From an uncultured archaeon (GTDB taxonomy: Archaea; Asgardarchaeota; Lokiarchaeia; Sigyniarchaeales; SOKP01), in the NCBI GenBank assembly GCA_964583985.1, contig CAZOYD010000005.1, positions 24,696-88,695 on the forward strand: 64,000 bases of DNA. Direction: 5' to 3'. The notes under the pieces were generated by a model. It was not told the DNA's origin. It saw only the letters and a list, made by a program, of their open reading frames with translations, and did no database searches. A program made the position numbers and the translations under genes. The first letter of the stretch is position 1; every line of letters starts with the position of its first letter. Shown one piece after another: positions 39,702 to 49,656 of this stretch.

Positions 39702-40669
39702 TTATCTCTTAACCTCCTACCAGTTAAATTTAAAAATACATCCTCTAGTGAATTTTGACGGAACTTCATGTTTTCTACTTCCTCTAAATTTTCTATGATT
39801 AAACTTAAAATAGTCTCTAAGTTCCTCAATCCTCCTTGAAATGCGATAAAAAGCTTTCTTTTTCCAATTGCTTTACAATCTGCAATAAATGATAAATTTT
39901 TCACGGTGACTTGTTTTAGCAAGAGTTCCATTTCCTCTTCTTTAAATGTAATGATCTCTAAAACGTTATCACTCCCAAATTTCTCTTTCAATTCCATTGG
40001 AGTACCTTGAGCAATGAGTTTTCCTTGATCTATAATTGCTATATGATCACTTAATGAATCTGCTTCTATCATGTCATGAGTCATTAGTATAATAGTAATA
40101 TCTTTTTGTTTCAAATCGCCTATGAAATCCCATACTAACCTACGTGCTTGAGGATCAAGCCCAGCAGTCGGTTCATCAAGAAAAAGAATTTTTGGTTCAT
40201 GCACTAAAGACATTGCTAAATTTAATCTTCGCTTCATGCCTCCAGAGAACTTTTTTGCCCACATCTGTTTTCCTGCAATCCCAAATTTCTCTAATAGTTC
40301 GCTTGCTTTTAAATGCGCTTCCTCTTTGGGAATTCCATTCATTCTAGCAACAAATTCAACATTTTCTTCTGCTGTCAAGACATCATAAATTACGACATCT
40401 TGAGGACAAACACCGATTATTTTTACAATATCTTCTTTCTGCGTCTTTATGCTATAACTCCCAATCTTAGCATCTCCACTCGTTGGCGTTAAAATTGTTG
40501 TTAACATTTTAACTAAAGTCGTTTTTCCTGCACCATTAGGTCCTAAAATACTAAACAATTCTCCCCTTGGTATCTCTAATGAGATCCCATCAACAGCTTT
40601 AATTTCTTTAAAGTGTTTTTTAAGATTGATTATTTCAATTATATTCGTTTCTTGTATTAAATCACTCAA
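39698..40669 (-). CDS. ABC-2 exporter ATP-binding protein (DrrA-like)
   Basis: GPNGAGKTT, FSGGMKRR, LDEPT, TH, SLEDVFLNLTGR. Confidence 0.95.
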   Translation of the reverse strand: MSDLIQETNIIEIINLKKHFKEIKAVDGISLEIPRGELFSILGPNGAGKTTLVKMLTTILTPTSGDAKIGSYSIKTQKEDIVKIIGVCPQDVVIYDVLTAEENVEFVARMNGIPKEEAHLKASELLEKFGIAGKQMWAKKFSGGMKRRLNLAMSLVHEPKILFLDEPTAGLDPQARRLVWDFIGDLKQKDITIILMTHDMIEADSLSDHIAIIDQGKLIAQGTPMELKEKFGSDNVLEIITFKEEEMELLLKQVTVKNLSFIADCKAIGKRKLFIAFQGGLRNLETILSLIIENLEEVENMKFRQNSLEDVFLNLTGRRLRDK

Positions 40670-40733
40670 AATGATTCAACTGAATCTTATAGTTTAGTTA
40701 ATAATAATTAGAATTGCTGTTAATATATTTAAA

Positions 40734-41036
40734 TTATTTAGAGACTGATTTTTTCTCATCAGAATCTTCACCCTTTTCAAAAAATAAACTTTTTTTTATG
40801 CCAAATTCCAGATCTCTCATTTTTTTCTTGATCTCGACAGGGTTATAATCCTTTTTTAATAAATCTATTATGGTATCCTTAAGACTCTCTAAATTATCTA
40901 TTGCACATTTATAAAAAATACTATCTTCATTCATGCTCATGCTTAAAATCTCAAATAATCCATTTAGTGCATCCCTAATCTTTTCATAGTACTCCCAAGC
41001 TTTCTCTAAATCCGAGGATTCATCCAATTCTGGCAT
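40734..41036 (-). CDS. Hypothetical helical protein
   Basis: ATG 41036 (MPELDE) preferred; amphipathic helices. Confidence 0.65.
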   Translation of the reverse strand: MPELDESSDLEKAWEYYEKIRDALNGLFEILSMSMNEDSIFYKCAIDNLESLKDTIIDLLKKDYNPVEIKKKMRDLEFGIKKSLFFEKGEDSDEKKSVSK

Positions 41037-41237
41037 GATTATTGTAATGTAAAATTCAAAATATAAGTTTTGATCACACATCTTAAGACTTCATATAGGA
41101 ATTTATTTTTCTCTGAGTTAGTCATAAACGTTGGATATCATCTCTATGTTATTTTGATTAAATTTCTTTAATCCTAGATTGATGTTAAAATTCTAAATTC
41201 ATAGAGTACAAAAAGAAGCAAGAATAAAAATAATAGT

Positions 41238-41579
41238 TTATTCTTTTAAGAGTTTTTTCAACTCGAGAGATAAATCCTTAGCATCTTTTTCTGAGCTCTG
41301 TAAAAGCTTTAAAGTTTCTTTAGCATTTACCCTTAAAGAGCCATGGAGTAACTTTTCAAACCCAATTCGCGTGTTTAATCTCTCAGTTTTCTGAAGATGA
41401 AATATAACTCTCCCTAACTCATCTTTTAATTTACCACCTGATTCTAAACATATATTTAGTAAAGAAGGGGCTAATTCTTCTATACTCTCTAAACTAATGT
41501 GGGTCGTTAAAGAATATACCTCTCTCATTTGTTCATCTGAAAGGCTCAGGACTTTTTCTTGAAGGTCTAATATTTCCAT
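41238..41579 (-). CDS. Hypothetical helical protein
   Basis: 113-aa ORF, SD-like GGATGTGA upstream. Confidence 0.7.
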   Translation of the reverse strand: MEILDLQEKVLSLSDEQMREVYSLTTHISLESIEELAPSLLNICLESGGKLKDELGRVIFHLQKTERLNTRIGFEKLLHGSLRVNAKETLKLLQSSEKDAKDLSLELKKLLKE

Positions 41580-41680
41580 TTTTTTTAATCACATCCAATA
41601 TTTTGATTTTATTATGCTTTTTATTATTAACATAAGTAAGAATAATTGGATATATAAAGCTATTGGGATTAAAATTTTTA

Positions 41681-41790
41681 CGGATTTGCCGAGTTTGGGT
41701 GAATTAATTAGAATTCAAACTATTTGGGATTTTATAATACGAAATCTGGAATTCATCATTCCTTGGGGGATTCAATTCCCAAAAACGAGA
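41681..41790 (+). ncRNA. Candidate structured intergenic RNA
   Basis: TATATAAA at 41651 followed by four consecutive hairpins in a G-enriched intergenic stretch. Confidence 0.3.
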
Positions 41791-42156
41791 TTATAAATTA
41801 TTGACTTGTTGAACCACAATAAAAAATACTCTTTTTATGACCTTTTTCAGTAAATCTTTATCAAAATAGTGCGAAAAAAGTCAAGCATATGCTAAAAAAA
41901 GTGTGATTTTTTTGATCAAGAATTCTCAATTATATTGTTTTTATTACCATTTTCATAAATTTCTAGAAATTATTTTTCGAATTTGATTAAAATGGTTTAT
42001 TTCGGTCATTTTGCACTATTCTTTTATTAAAAATCTTCATTGTTTAGAAAAAATGAAAAAAATAAGTTCTCAGAGCTTGTTCTATATTAATTCCATCATG
42101 ATTTCTGAACCGTTTTTGATACGTAAAATTTCATAATGATCAATTTCTGACATGCA

Positions 42157-42636
42157 TTATGTTTTTCTTTTTCTCTCGCGTTTTAAAATCTCGAATAATT
42201 CAATAATTATGCCGAAACTCGCAAATGTATCCATGTATGCAAGATTTAAAGATCCCATTATGCCCGATTGCAGAATTTCTACCCCTTTTTTTTCAAATAT
42301 CTGAATATAACGATTGAAATTATCAACAAACACGCCTATGTGATGTAATCCTTCCCGTCCTTCTTCTAAGAACTCTTTATAAATACTATCTCCGCTAACC
42401 CATTGTATTAATTCAATTTGAGTATCTAATGTTCTAGCAAATCCAGTGATAAGATGAGTTTCAACTTCTTTTCCGCGATATATAAATTTTTGATTGGGTG
42501 CTTCCGATAAAGTAATTTTTATTCCATAAATTTGTTCCATTATTTTCGCTTGTGCTTCTACATCTTTAAAAACATATCCTAATTGATTTATTTTAAAATT
42601 TCCAAATTCTATTGTATTGTTTAATGACATCTTCAA
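42157..42636 (-). CDS. VOC-family protein (methylmalonyl-CoA epimerase / glyoxalase-like)
   Basis: NQLGYVF, QIELIQ, EGLHHIG, IIELFE. Confidence 0.88.
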   Translation of the reverse strand: MKMSLNNTIEFGNFKINQLGYVFKDVEAQAKIMEQIYGIKITLSEAPNQKFIYRGKEVETHLITGFARTLDTQIELIQWVSGDSIYKEFLEEGREGLHHIGVFVDNFNRYIQIFEKKGVEILQSGIMGSLNLAYMDTFASFGIIIELFEILKRERKRKT

Positions 42637-42823
42637 ACAACTGAATAATAGTTGATTATAATATTTTTATCGAGTTAAAATATAATTCTTTGTAATTTTC
42701 GTGATAAAATCACCTTCTCTCTTATTTTTTGTCTTTCAATCTTTCATTAACAATTTAAACAACAAGTTCTTTAATAGATATTATATACAACTCACATTTA
42801 CTATTAAAAGGTTAGAATGCAAC

Positions 42824-44311
42824 ATGGAAAATGATATAAAAAAAGAACTAAACAAGGTTATAAAGAAGGAGCGAGTTCAAGGTAAATTAATAAGATACAT
42901 GAATAAATGGGGTAAATTATTTTTATACCTCCTTCCATTGATTTTAGTCGTGATGGCTATTTTAACGTTATTTAAGTATGCTTTGCTAGATGCAACATTG
43001 ACAATCGTTTTCATTGTTATACTTGTGGCGTATGGAATCAACTCGATAATTCTAATTCTTGGAGCTATGAAAACTGAAAAGAGTCTAAAGATGAGACTTA
43101 ATTTTGAACGGAGAAGAGGAAGACCAATAGATAGTTTAGATGGATTTGATTTGCTATTTAGTAGTGTAAAAAGGGTAACTAATCTATTAAAGGTAATTGG
43201 CCTGATATCCATAATATCATTAATTTTATTTCTCCTAATGGTTCTTGAACCTAGTTTTGCTGATATAGGATTCGCGGCTATTGGGTTTGCTTTAATTGGA
43301 TTCGGTTTAGCATTATTAGTAAGAAGTTTGAATTTAAACATCCACGACGTGAACGGTCTTCAAGATTTTTACAAACCAACGACTCATCAAATCTTTTTGG
43401 ATAACTTTTTTGCGGAAGTTTTTTCTGATCATCTCGACCCCGTGACATATTTAAAATGGGATGAGTATTTAACAGGGATTAACAAGTTATTAAATCCACG
43501 TTTCATCCAAAAAGTCAAAGACCAAGAAGCTGATGAGTTACCAATTACGTTTGCAATGGAGTCAATTTTATTTCTGTATTACCTACGATATCAGAAAGTT
43601 ATCAACGCAGATCAATTTGCTCAAGAATTGAAAGAGATATTCGATATTGAATCAATCGAATACGATATTGAGAAAGGTTTATTGATTGAAGGTTCATGGT
43701 ATTTCTCGACAAAAGATATTTACAAACTATTTGAATATATCAAGAAGTACAATCCCGGATTTTTCAGCATTATCGACAGATTGCAACTCGAACTCGCAGA
43801 TAATATTCAACGTCTTTCAAATGATCCCATTTACATGGATTCCAGCGCGCAAGAATACACATATCTAAATAGTGAACTTAATATAATGGTATTTTTATAT
43901 AACAATGCTGTTGAAAATCGGAAATATAAAGTTAAAGTGGTTGCTCCAGGATTTGATCCACATGAAGTAATACTTGATATTGACGTGGAAGGAAGAGGTA
44001 CGTTTTTAATTCCGGATGAACCAGTTCCTTTAATTTCAAAAGGATCAAATGATATAGTAGGAATATTATCTTCAATGTTGGAAAATGGGGATACTATCTG
44101 GTTAACTTTAGAACCAAGAGAAGTCGGAGAACAAACCATTCAAATTTTCCTAATGGATGAAGATGGGACTATAATCGAAGGAAAAACGCGTGCAATCAAA
44201 ATAACTAAAAATATAAAGGATTATTTCAAGAAATTAACTTCGGTTGGCTCTCTTCTCGGGGGACTTGCAGTTCCAATAGCAAGAATGCTTCCATATCTAC
44301 TAAATCTATAA
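42824..44311 (+). CDS. Hypothetical membrane protein: four N-terminal TM, soluble helical region, beta-sandwich, C-terminal hydrophobic tail
   Basis: Hydrophobicity pattern; beta-rich ELNIMVFLYN...IWLTLEP...TIQIFL; ATG 42824 preferred. Confidence 0.75.
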   Translation: MENDIKKELNKVIKKERVQGKLIRYMNKWGKLFLYLLPLILVVMAILTLFKYALLDATLTIVFIVILVAYGINSIILILGAMKTEKSLKMRLNFERRRGRPIDSLDGFDLLFSSVKRVTNLLKVIGLISIISLILFLLMVLEPSFADIGFAAIGFALIGFGLALLVRSLNLNIHDVNGLQDFYKPTTHQIFLDNFFAEVFSDHLDPVTYLKWDEYLTGINKLLNPRFIQKVKDQEADELPITFAMESILFLYYLRYQKVINADQFAQELKEIFDIESIEYDIEKGLLIEGSWYFSTKDIYKLFEYIKKYNPGFFSIIDRLQLELADNIQRLSNDPIYMDSSAQEYTYLNSELNIMVFLYNNAVENRKYKVKVVAPGFDPHEVILDIDVEGRGTFLIPDEPVPLISKGSNDIVGILSSMLENGDTIWLTLEPREVGEQTIQIFLMDEDGTIIEGKTRAIKITKNIKDYFKKLTSVGSLLGGLAVPIARMLPYLLNL

Positions 44312-44551
44312 ATACATTAATAATTTTTATTTTAATTTTTATTATGATAATTTATTTTATGTGGCTTTAATAAGCGCATAGAAGACAATTATGAGTTTAG
44401 CATTTAAAGATTCATAAATTGGGAGATTATCTGGAGTTGTTTAATCTTTAACTTTTCTTCCACGGGGATAAAAAGTAAATTATTAGACACAACAAACAAG
44501 TTTAAATGGATTCAATGATATCATTATATTAGAAAAAAAACATGAGTTTCT

Positions 44552-44854
44552 ATGCATAGAACATGGCATAAGAGAGTACCAATTCAAAGTCATAAAAACC
44601 TTGTCCCATTATTAAAATGTTTAACCGAATGTGATAAAGGACAAGAACTTGAAGTTGTGAACGTGGAAGCAGGCTATCATGCAAAAAGGAGATTAGCTCA
44701 ACTTGGATTATTTCCTGGTACGAAAATAATAAAGAAACAATCTGCACCATGGAATGGTCCCGTGGAAATAATAGTTAGGGGCACATCATTAGTGATCGGT
44801 CGAGGATTAGCCGCTAAAATCATGGTTTTATGCAAGGATCATTGTTCCATCTAA
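44552..44854 (+). CDS. feoA: Ferrous iron transport protein A
   Basis: RRLAQLGLFPG, APWNGPV, IGRGLA; directly upstream of feoB. Confidence 0.93.
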   Translation: MHRTWHKRVPIQSHKNLVPLLKCLTECDKGQELEVVNVEAGYHAKRRLAQLGLFPGTKIIKKQSAPWNGPVEIIVRGTSLVIGRGLAAKIMVLCKDHCSI

Positions 44855-44899
44855 TTTTTAAAATGATTTTAATATTTTATATACTCATAGGGAATAATA

Positions 44900-46924
44900 A
44901 TGAGTTGTCATGATCCAAAAAGGAATAAATCAAATGAAAAGGGAGAAAATGTAATAAACATTGCTCTTGCTGGAAACCCAAACGTGGGAAAATCAGTCAT
45001 TTTTAACCAGTTGACGGGGTTATCTCAAACTATAGGAAATTGGCCGGGAAAAACTGTTGAAAGAATGGAAGGATACTTGGAATTTTTAGGATATCATTTC
45101 AACTTGGTCGATCTACCCGGAATTTATTCCCTATCAACTTTCACCTTGGAAGAAATTGTTTCTCGAGAATACATCGTATCTGAAGAAGTAGATCTTATTA
45201 TTAACGTCATTGATGCAACAAATTTGGAAAGGAATCTTTTTCTAACTTTTCAATTATTAGAATTGAAAATCCCCATTATTTTAGCCTTTAATCAGATGGA
45301 TATCTTAAGGAAGAGAAATAGGGACTTAGATATAATTAAAATAAAAGAGTTATTTAAATGTCCCGTAGTTCCTGTAGTTGCAGTTCATGGCGTGGGAGTT
45401 CATGAACTATTAGAAGAAGCCATTCTTTTAATAAAAAACGGATATGTTTGTAACCTCCCTCCTGAAGTAACTTCCTATGGAAGAGAAATAGAGAATATAC
45501 TAAACTTGTTGAATAAGGAACTAACTTCAATATCAAATTTTAAAGAAAAATCTCCTTATCCTGCAAGATTTCTTGCGATTAAATTATTAGAAAATGATGA
45601 AGAAATCTTAAAGTTTGTAGAAAGTAATTTGGGATTATCACTTGAAAGTATGAAAATAGAACAATATAGAAAGGAATTAGAAGATTTACATGGGGAAGAC
45701 ATCAATACCATCATATCTTCTGAGATTTATAATAACATTTTTCATATAACTGAAAAAATCCTAATCAATGAACCTAATGAAATGCGACGGAAAAATTTGG
45801 CTGATGTAATTGACCACCTAACCACCCATTCAATTTGGGGATACGTTATTCTGATTTTAGTTCTTTTGGGGATATATATTTTTACATTTACTATTGGAGA
45901 CTTCTTAGGCGGGCTCATTGATGAAATTTATTTAGTTTGGACGAGTCAAGTTTATCTAAGATTTCCAGCGGATAATCTTTTAGTTCAAATATTATGGAAT
46001 GGAGGAATGGGGGGATTTATGGGCGCAATATCAGGAGTATTAGTATACGTAATTCCATTTTTTATGACGATCGAAATACTACAAGATTCGGGTTATCTTC
46101 CTCGTGCTGCATTTATGATGGATAAGATAATGCATGCATTGGGTGTACATGGAAAAACCGTGATCACGATGGTTTTAGGATTTGGTTGCAACGTTCCTGC
46201 TTGTGCCGGTTGTAGAATCATGGAAACACAAAGAGAGAAAAAAATTTCTATTGCTTTAACATCTCTAATCCCTTGTGCCGCCGTAATGACTGTAGTGATG
46301 GGATTAGTTGGAAGATATGTGGGGTTAGAATGGGTATTAGTGCTCTTTATTATCAATTTTGGAGCAATATACATAGTTGGACGGATTTTAAATAAGACAA
46401 TGCCTGGGGAGTGCACTGAATTAATAATGGAAATGCATGCATATAGGGCTCCCAATTATAAAGTCATCCTTAAGCAAACGTGGATCCGTTCCAAAGAATT
46501 CATCTTTAGAGCACTTCCCATAATTATTATCCTTGGAGTAGTCTTGGAAGTGTTGTTTCTTTTTAACATCTTGGAACCAGTAAATTTCATTTTATCCCCA
46601 ATAACATCTTTTTGGCTTGGTTTACCAGTTGTAACGGGGATCTTTTTAATTTACGGAATTTTGAGAAAAGAATTGACATTGGTTTTACTAGCATTATTTG
46701 CGGAAAATATAGGATTAACCATCACGCAATTACTCACTCCGTTTCAGATGATAACTTTCAGCCTAGTTACAATGCTTTACATTCCTTGTTTTGCGACAAT
46801 CATTATCATTGCCAGAGAAACCAGTTGGAAATATGCAATTCAGATTTCATTAATAGAAATAGGTTTGGCGTTATTGATTGGTGGAATAGTAAACTTTAGC
46901 TTCATGCTATTGACAATTTTCTAA
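44900..46924 (+). CDS. feoB: Ferrous iron transport protein B
   Basis: GNPNVGKS, GNWPGKTV, DLPG, DSGYLPR, GFGCNVP, LYIPC. Confidence 0.97.
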   Translation: MSCHDPKRNKSNEKGENVINIALAGNPNVGKSVIFNQLTGLSQTIGNWPGKTVERMEGYLEFLGYHFNLVDLPGIYSLSTFTLEEIVSREYIVSEEVDLIINVIDATNLERNLFLTFQLLELKIPIILAFNQMDILRKRNRDLDIIKIKELFKCPVVPVVAVHGVGVHELLEEAILLIKNGYVCNLPPEVTSYGREIENILNLLNKELTSISNFKEKSPYPARFLAIKLLENDEEILKFVESNLGLSLESMKIEQYRKELEDLHGEDINTIISSEIYNNIFHITEKILINEPNEMRRKNLADVIDHLTTHSIWGYVILILVLLGIYIFTFTIGDFLGGLIDEIYLVWTSQVYLRFPADNLLVQILWNGGMGGFMGAISGVLVYVIPFFMTIEILQDSGYLPRAAFMMDKIMHALGVHGKTVITMVLGFGCNVPACAGCRIMETQREKKISIALTSLIPCAAVMTVVMGLVGRYVGLEWVLVLFIINFGAIYIVGRILNKTMPGECTELIMEMHAYRAPNYKVILKQTWIRSKEFIFRALPIIIILGVVLEVLFLFNILEPVNFILSPITSFWLGLPVVTGIFLIYGILRKELTLVLLALFAENIGLTITQLLTPFQMITFSLVTMLYIPCFATIIIIARETSWKYAIQISLIEIGLALLIGGIVNFSFMLLTIF

Positions 46925-47045
46925 GTAAATAATATAAATTGACAACTCTATTCTAATTCAAAATGAACTAATGAAAATTGAACTACCAAGAAAGTAGCTA
47001 ATTTTTTTTAGAAGATTTTTATAAAAAACAGTTTTCAAGATAAAA

Positions 47046-48659
47046 ATGAGGAATTCAAATTGTTATATTATATCCATTCTAATTGTTTTAATTTTTTTTA
47101 ATTATGCATGCGTTTTTATTGGACCTCAAAATAATTCGAGCATTAATATTTCGCAAGATTCATCGCAGCCAATTGTAGGATTTTCGGCAAACACCTTGCT
47201 TTCTACGAATGACATTAATTATGCTCACCACGTTGAGGTATCGATGGTAATTGCGGATAATGGAGATCTTTTTGCTGGTTGGAAAAACGCTGAAACTCAT
47301 TATGGCGGAGGTATTCGAGTAAGTATCGTACGTTCTCAAGATAATGGTCGCACGTGGAGTAATCCCTATGATATGCCCATGTTTGGAGGTCTAAACACTG
47401 GGCAGTCAGATCCTTGGCTATATTGGTTCAACGGTACACTATATTATGCTTACTTGGAATATGATACCAGATATCTCAATAATCCTCTTGGAGGATACAT
47501 GAGTCAGATTACTATTGCAAAAAGCACTGATTATGGACAAACATGGTTGCCTGTTCAAGCAACTAATAGTACTTATTTTGCAGACAAAGAAACTATTGTA
47601 GTAGGAAATAATAATACTGTTTATTTAGTATATGATGATGTCAATACAATAGACGAGAATGGAACTGCAACGGTTCGCATGAGTCGTTCGACAGATGGGG
47701 GTGAAACATATAGGGAAATATCTGTTTTAGGGGAAAATTTTTCTTATATCGGACCGTATGTTACCCTAAATAGTTCTGGTGATCCTCATGTAGCGTGGAG
47801 TTGGATTCCAGAGCATGGGGGTAGCCTAGTATTTTCTAAGAGTATTGATGAAGGATTAACATTTACAGCTCCAGCCATGATCTCTTTAGATGGAAGTCAT
47901 GCGGGATATGGGACTGGTAAAACAACACTACCTTTGATTAAGTTCGATCAATCTAATAGACTTTATTTGGTATGGGCGGATGAGGCTAGTTCAAATTGGG
48001 ATGTGTGGTTGCGATATTCTGATAATTTTGGGGAAAGTTGGAGTGACCGTATTTTAGTTAATCCTTCAGTTTCGGGTAATCAATGGAATCCAGATGTAGT
48101 AATTGATTTGAATGGAACCCTTCATATTGTCTATTATAGTGAAACAGGGGGGTCTTATCGACCTTATTATAGAACCCTTCATTTTATAGGAGCGGATAGA
48201 GCAATCCCCATTTATTCAGATCAAGTTGTTATCGCTGATAGAGACACCTCCAGCTCCTTTTATAGACCAGGAGAGTATTTTGCGATTCGACTTGATCATG
48301 ATCAGATACCTCATGTTGCTTGGTCAGATGGGAGAAATAACGAACTTGATATTTATTATGCATATGGTCTCACCGAATTACCGTTTTTCACACCCGAGAT
48401 GATAACGATCATTGTAATTACATCCCTTGTTGCATTTGCCTCCCTCGTCTTTATAATCATCAGAAGGAATTACAAAATCCCACATCAAAAAGAACAATTG
48501 AAAATGTATAGAAAAACTTATCCATATTATTGTGATAACTGTAAGAATTTTTCATCCATCATTCGGTATTGTGAACATTGTGGAGAAAAAGTATTTATTA
48601 GATCTGCAAAAAGAGTAGACTATAAGAATCATTTAATTTCAGGTGAAAAGATTAATTAA
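47046..48659 (+). CDS. Type I membrane protein: BNR/Asp-box beta-propeller, TM, cytoplasmic zinc ribbon
   Basis: N-terminal signal; Asp boxes SQDNGRTW, STDYGQTW, STDGGETY, SIDEGLTF, SDNFGESW; TM near residues 452-472; YCDNC...YCEHC. Confidence 0.85.
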   Translation: MRNSNCYIISILIVLIFFNYACVFIGPQNNSSINISQDSSQPIVGFSANTLLSTNDINYAHHVEVSMVIADNGDLFAGWKNAETHYGGGIRVSIVRSQDNGRTWSNPYDMPMFGGLNTGQSDPWLYWFNGTLYYAYLEYDTRYLNNPLGGYMSQITIAKSTDYGQTWLPVQATNSTYFADKETIVVGNNNTVYLVYDDVNTIDENGTATVRMSRSTDGGETYREISVLGENFSYIGPYVTLNSSGDPHVAWSWIPEHGGSLVFSKSIDEGLTFTAPAMISLDGSHAGYGTGKTTLPLIKFDQSNRLYLVWADEASSNWDVWLRYSDNFGESWSDRILVNPSVSGNQWNPDVVIDLNGTLHIVYYSETGGSYRPYYRTLHFIGADRAIPIYSDQVVIADRDTSSSFYRPGEYFAIRLDHDQIPHVAWSDGRNNELDIYYAYGLTELPFFTPEMITIIVITSLVAFASLVFIIIRRNYKIPHQKEQLKMYRKTYPYYCDNCKNFSSIIRYCEHCGEKVFIRSAKRVDYKNHLISGEKIN

Positions 48660-48983
48660 GTGACCTCTTTTTATTCTATTCTTTTTATTGATTATTTAAA
48701 TATCGTAAATCAGACAAAAATCTTTTTATTTTCAAATAAATTTCCTCAAATCCTTGTTTTTATAGGCACAAATACTGAATTTATGGGGAAAACAATTCAT
48801 CCAAGAAAAATTTCTCATTAACCAAAACATGCATATTACCTTCTTTTTTCAAACATTTGACAAAGAATTTTGTCCTTTTGTTCATGATATTTGTTAATGA
48901 TATTTTCAAAATTAATAATTAACCTTTAATGCATCGATCAATTAAATTACTCAACATAATTAATTAAATTCAAACCTAAAAAA

Positions 48984-49649
48984 ATGACGATAATCACAAC
49001 AAAAAAGCCCTTTGAAGAGATATTAACTGCAATTAAGGATGTAAAAAGAATAACTATTGTTTCTTGTGCGAGTTGTGCTGCCATGTGCCAGACTGGAGGA
49101 ACTGAAGGTGCCAAGGAAATGGCGGAGAAATTAGAAGCTGAAGGTTATGAGATCTCTACTGTAATTGTACCCGAGGAAGTATGTGACAACCGAGTTATGA
49201 AAAAAGATTTTCGTAAAATCGAAGAACAACTTCAACATACTGATGCTATCCTTACTCTAAGTTGTGGACTTGGAGTTGCAAGCATTACAGAAGTTCTCTC
49301 AAATAAATTTCCTCTAATTCCTGTTTTTGTTGGAACAAATACCGAATTTATGGGTATGACTGAAAGGATCGGAAGATTTTACATGCGATGTCGGGGTTGC
49401 GGCAATTGTCTGTTGAATGAAACTGGAGGAATTTGTCCCATTACAACATGTGCCAAATCTTTAATGAATGGACCTTGTGGAGGAATGGTTGATGGCAAGT
49501 GCGAAGTAGGAAATTATGAAAGAGATTGCGGGTGGGTATTAATATATAAACGCTTGAAAGAACTTGGAAGATTAGATCTGTTTTCAAAGTTACGTGACTC
49601 TGTAGATTGGAGTGAAAGTGGTCACCAAAGAGAAGTTGTATGGAGGTAG
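48984..49649 (+). CDS. metV: MetV paralog 2
   Basis: SCASCAAMCQTGG, VCD, SCGLG, CRGCGNC, GGICP, CAKSLMNGPCGG, CGW. Confidence 0.93.
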   Translation: MTIITTKKPFEEILTAIKDVKRITIVSCASCAAMCQTGGTEGAKEMAEKLEAEGYEISTVIVPEEVCDNRVMKKDFRKIEEQLQHTDAILTLSCGLGVASITEVLSNKFPLIPVFVGTNTEFMGMTERIGRFYMRCRGCGNCLLNETGGICPITTCAKSLMNGPCGGMVDGKCEVGNYERDCGWVLIYKRLKELGRLDLFSKLRDSVDWSESGHQREVVWR

Positions 49650-49656
49650 AAAAAAC

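Noticed and set aside
41722-41785. tRNA gene (CAT in a 7-nt loop, TTCAA T-loop-like arm)
   Set aside because: No G53-C61 pair, no D-loop GG, no separate acceptor stem; kept only as a candidate ncRNA
41614-41796. 60-aa ORF
   Set aside because: No SD or motif, overlaps a TATA-like element and hairpins; probably not coding
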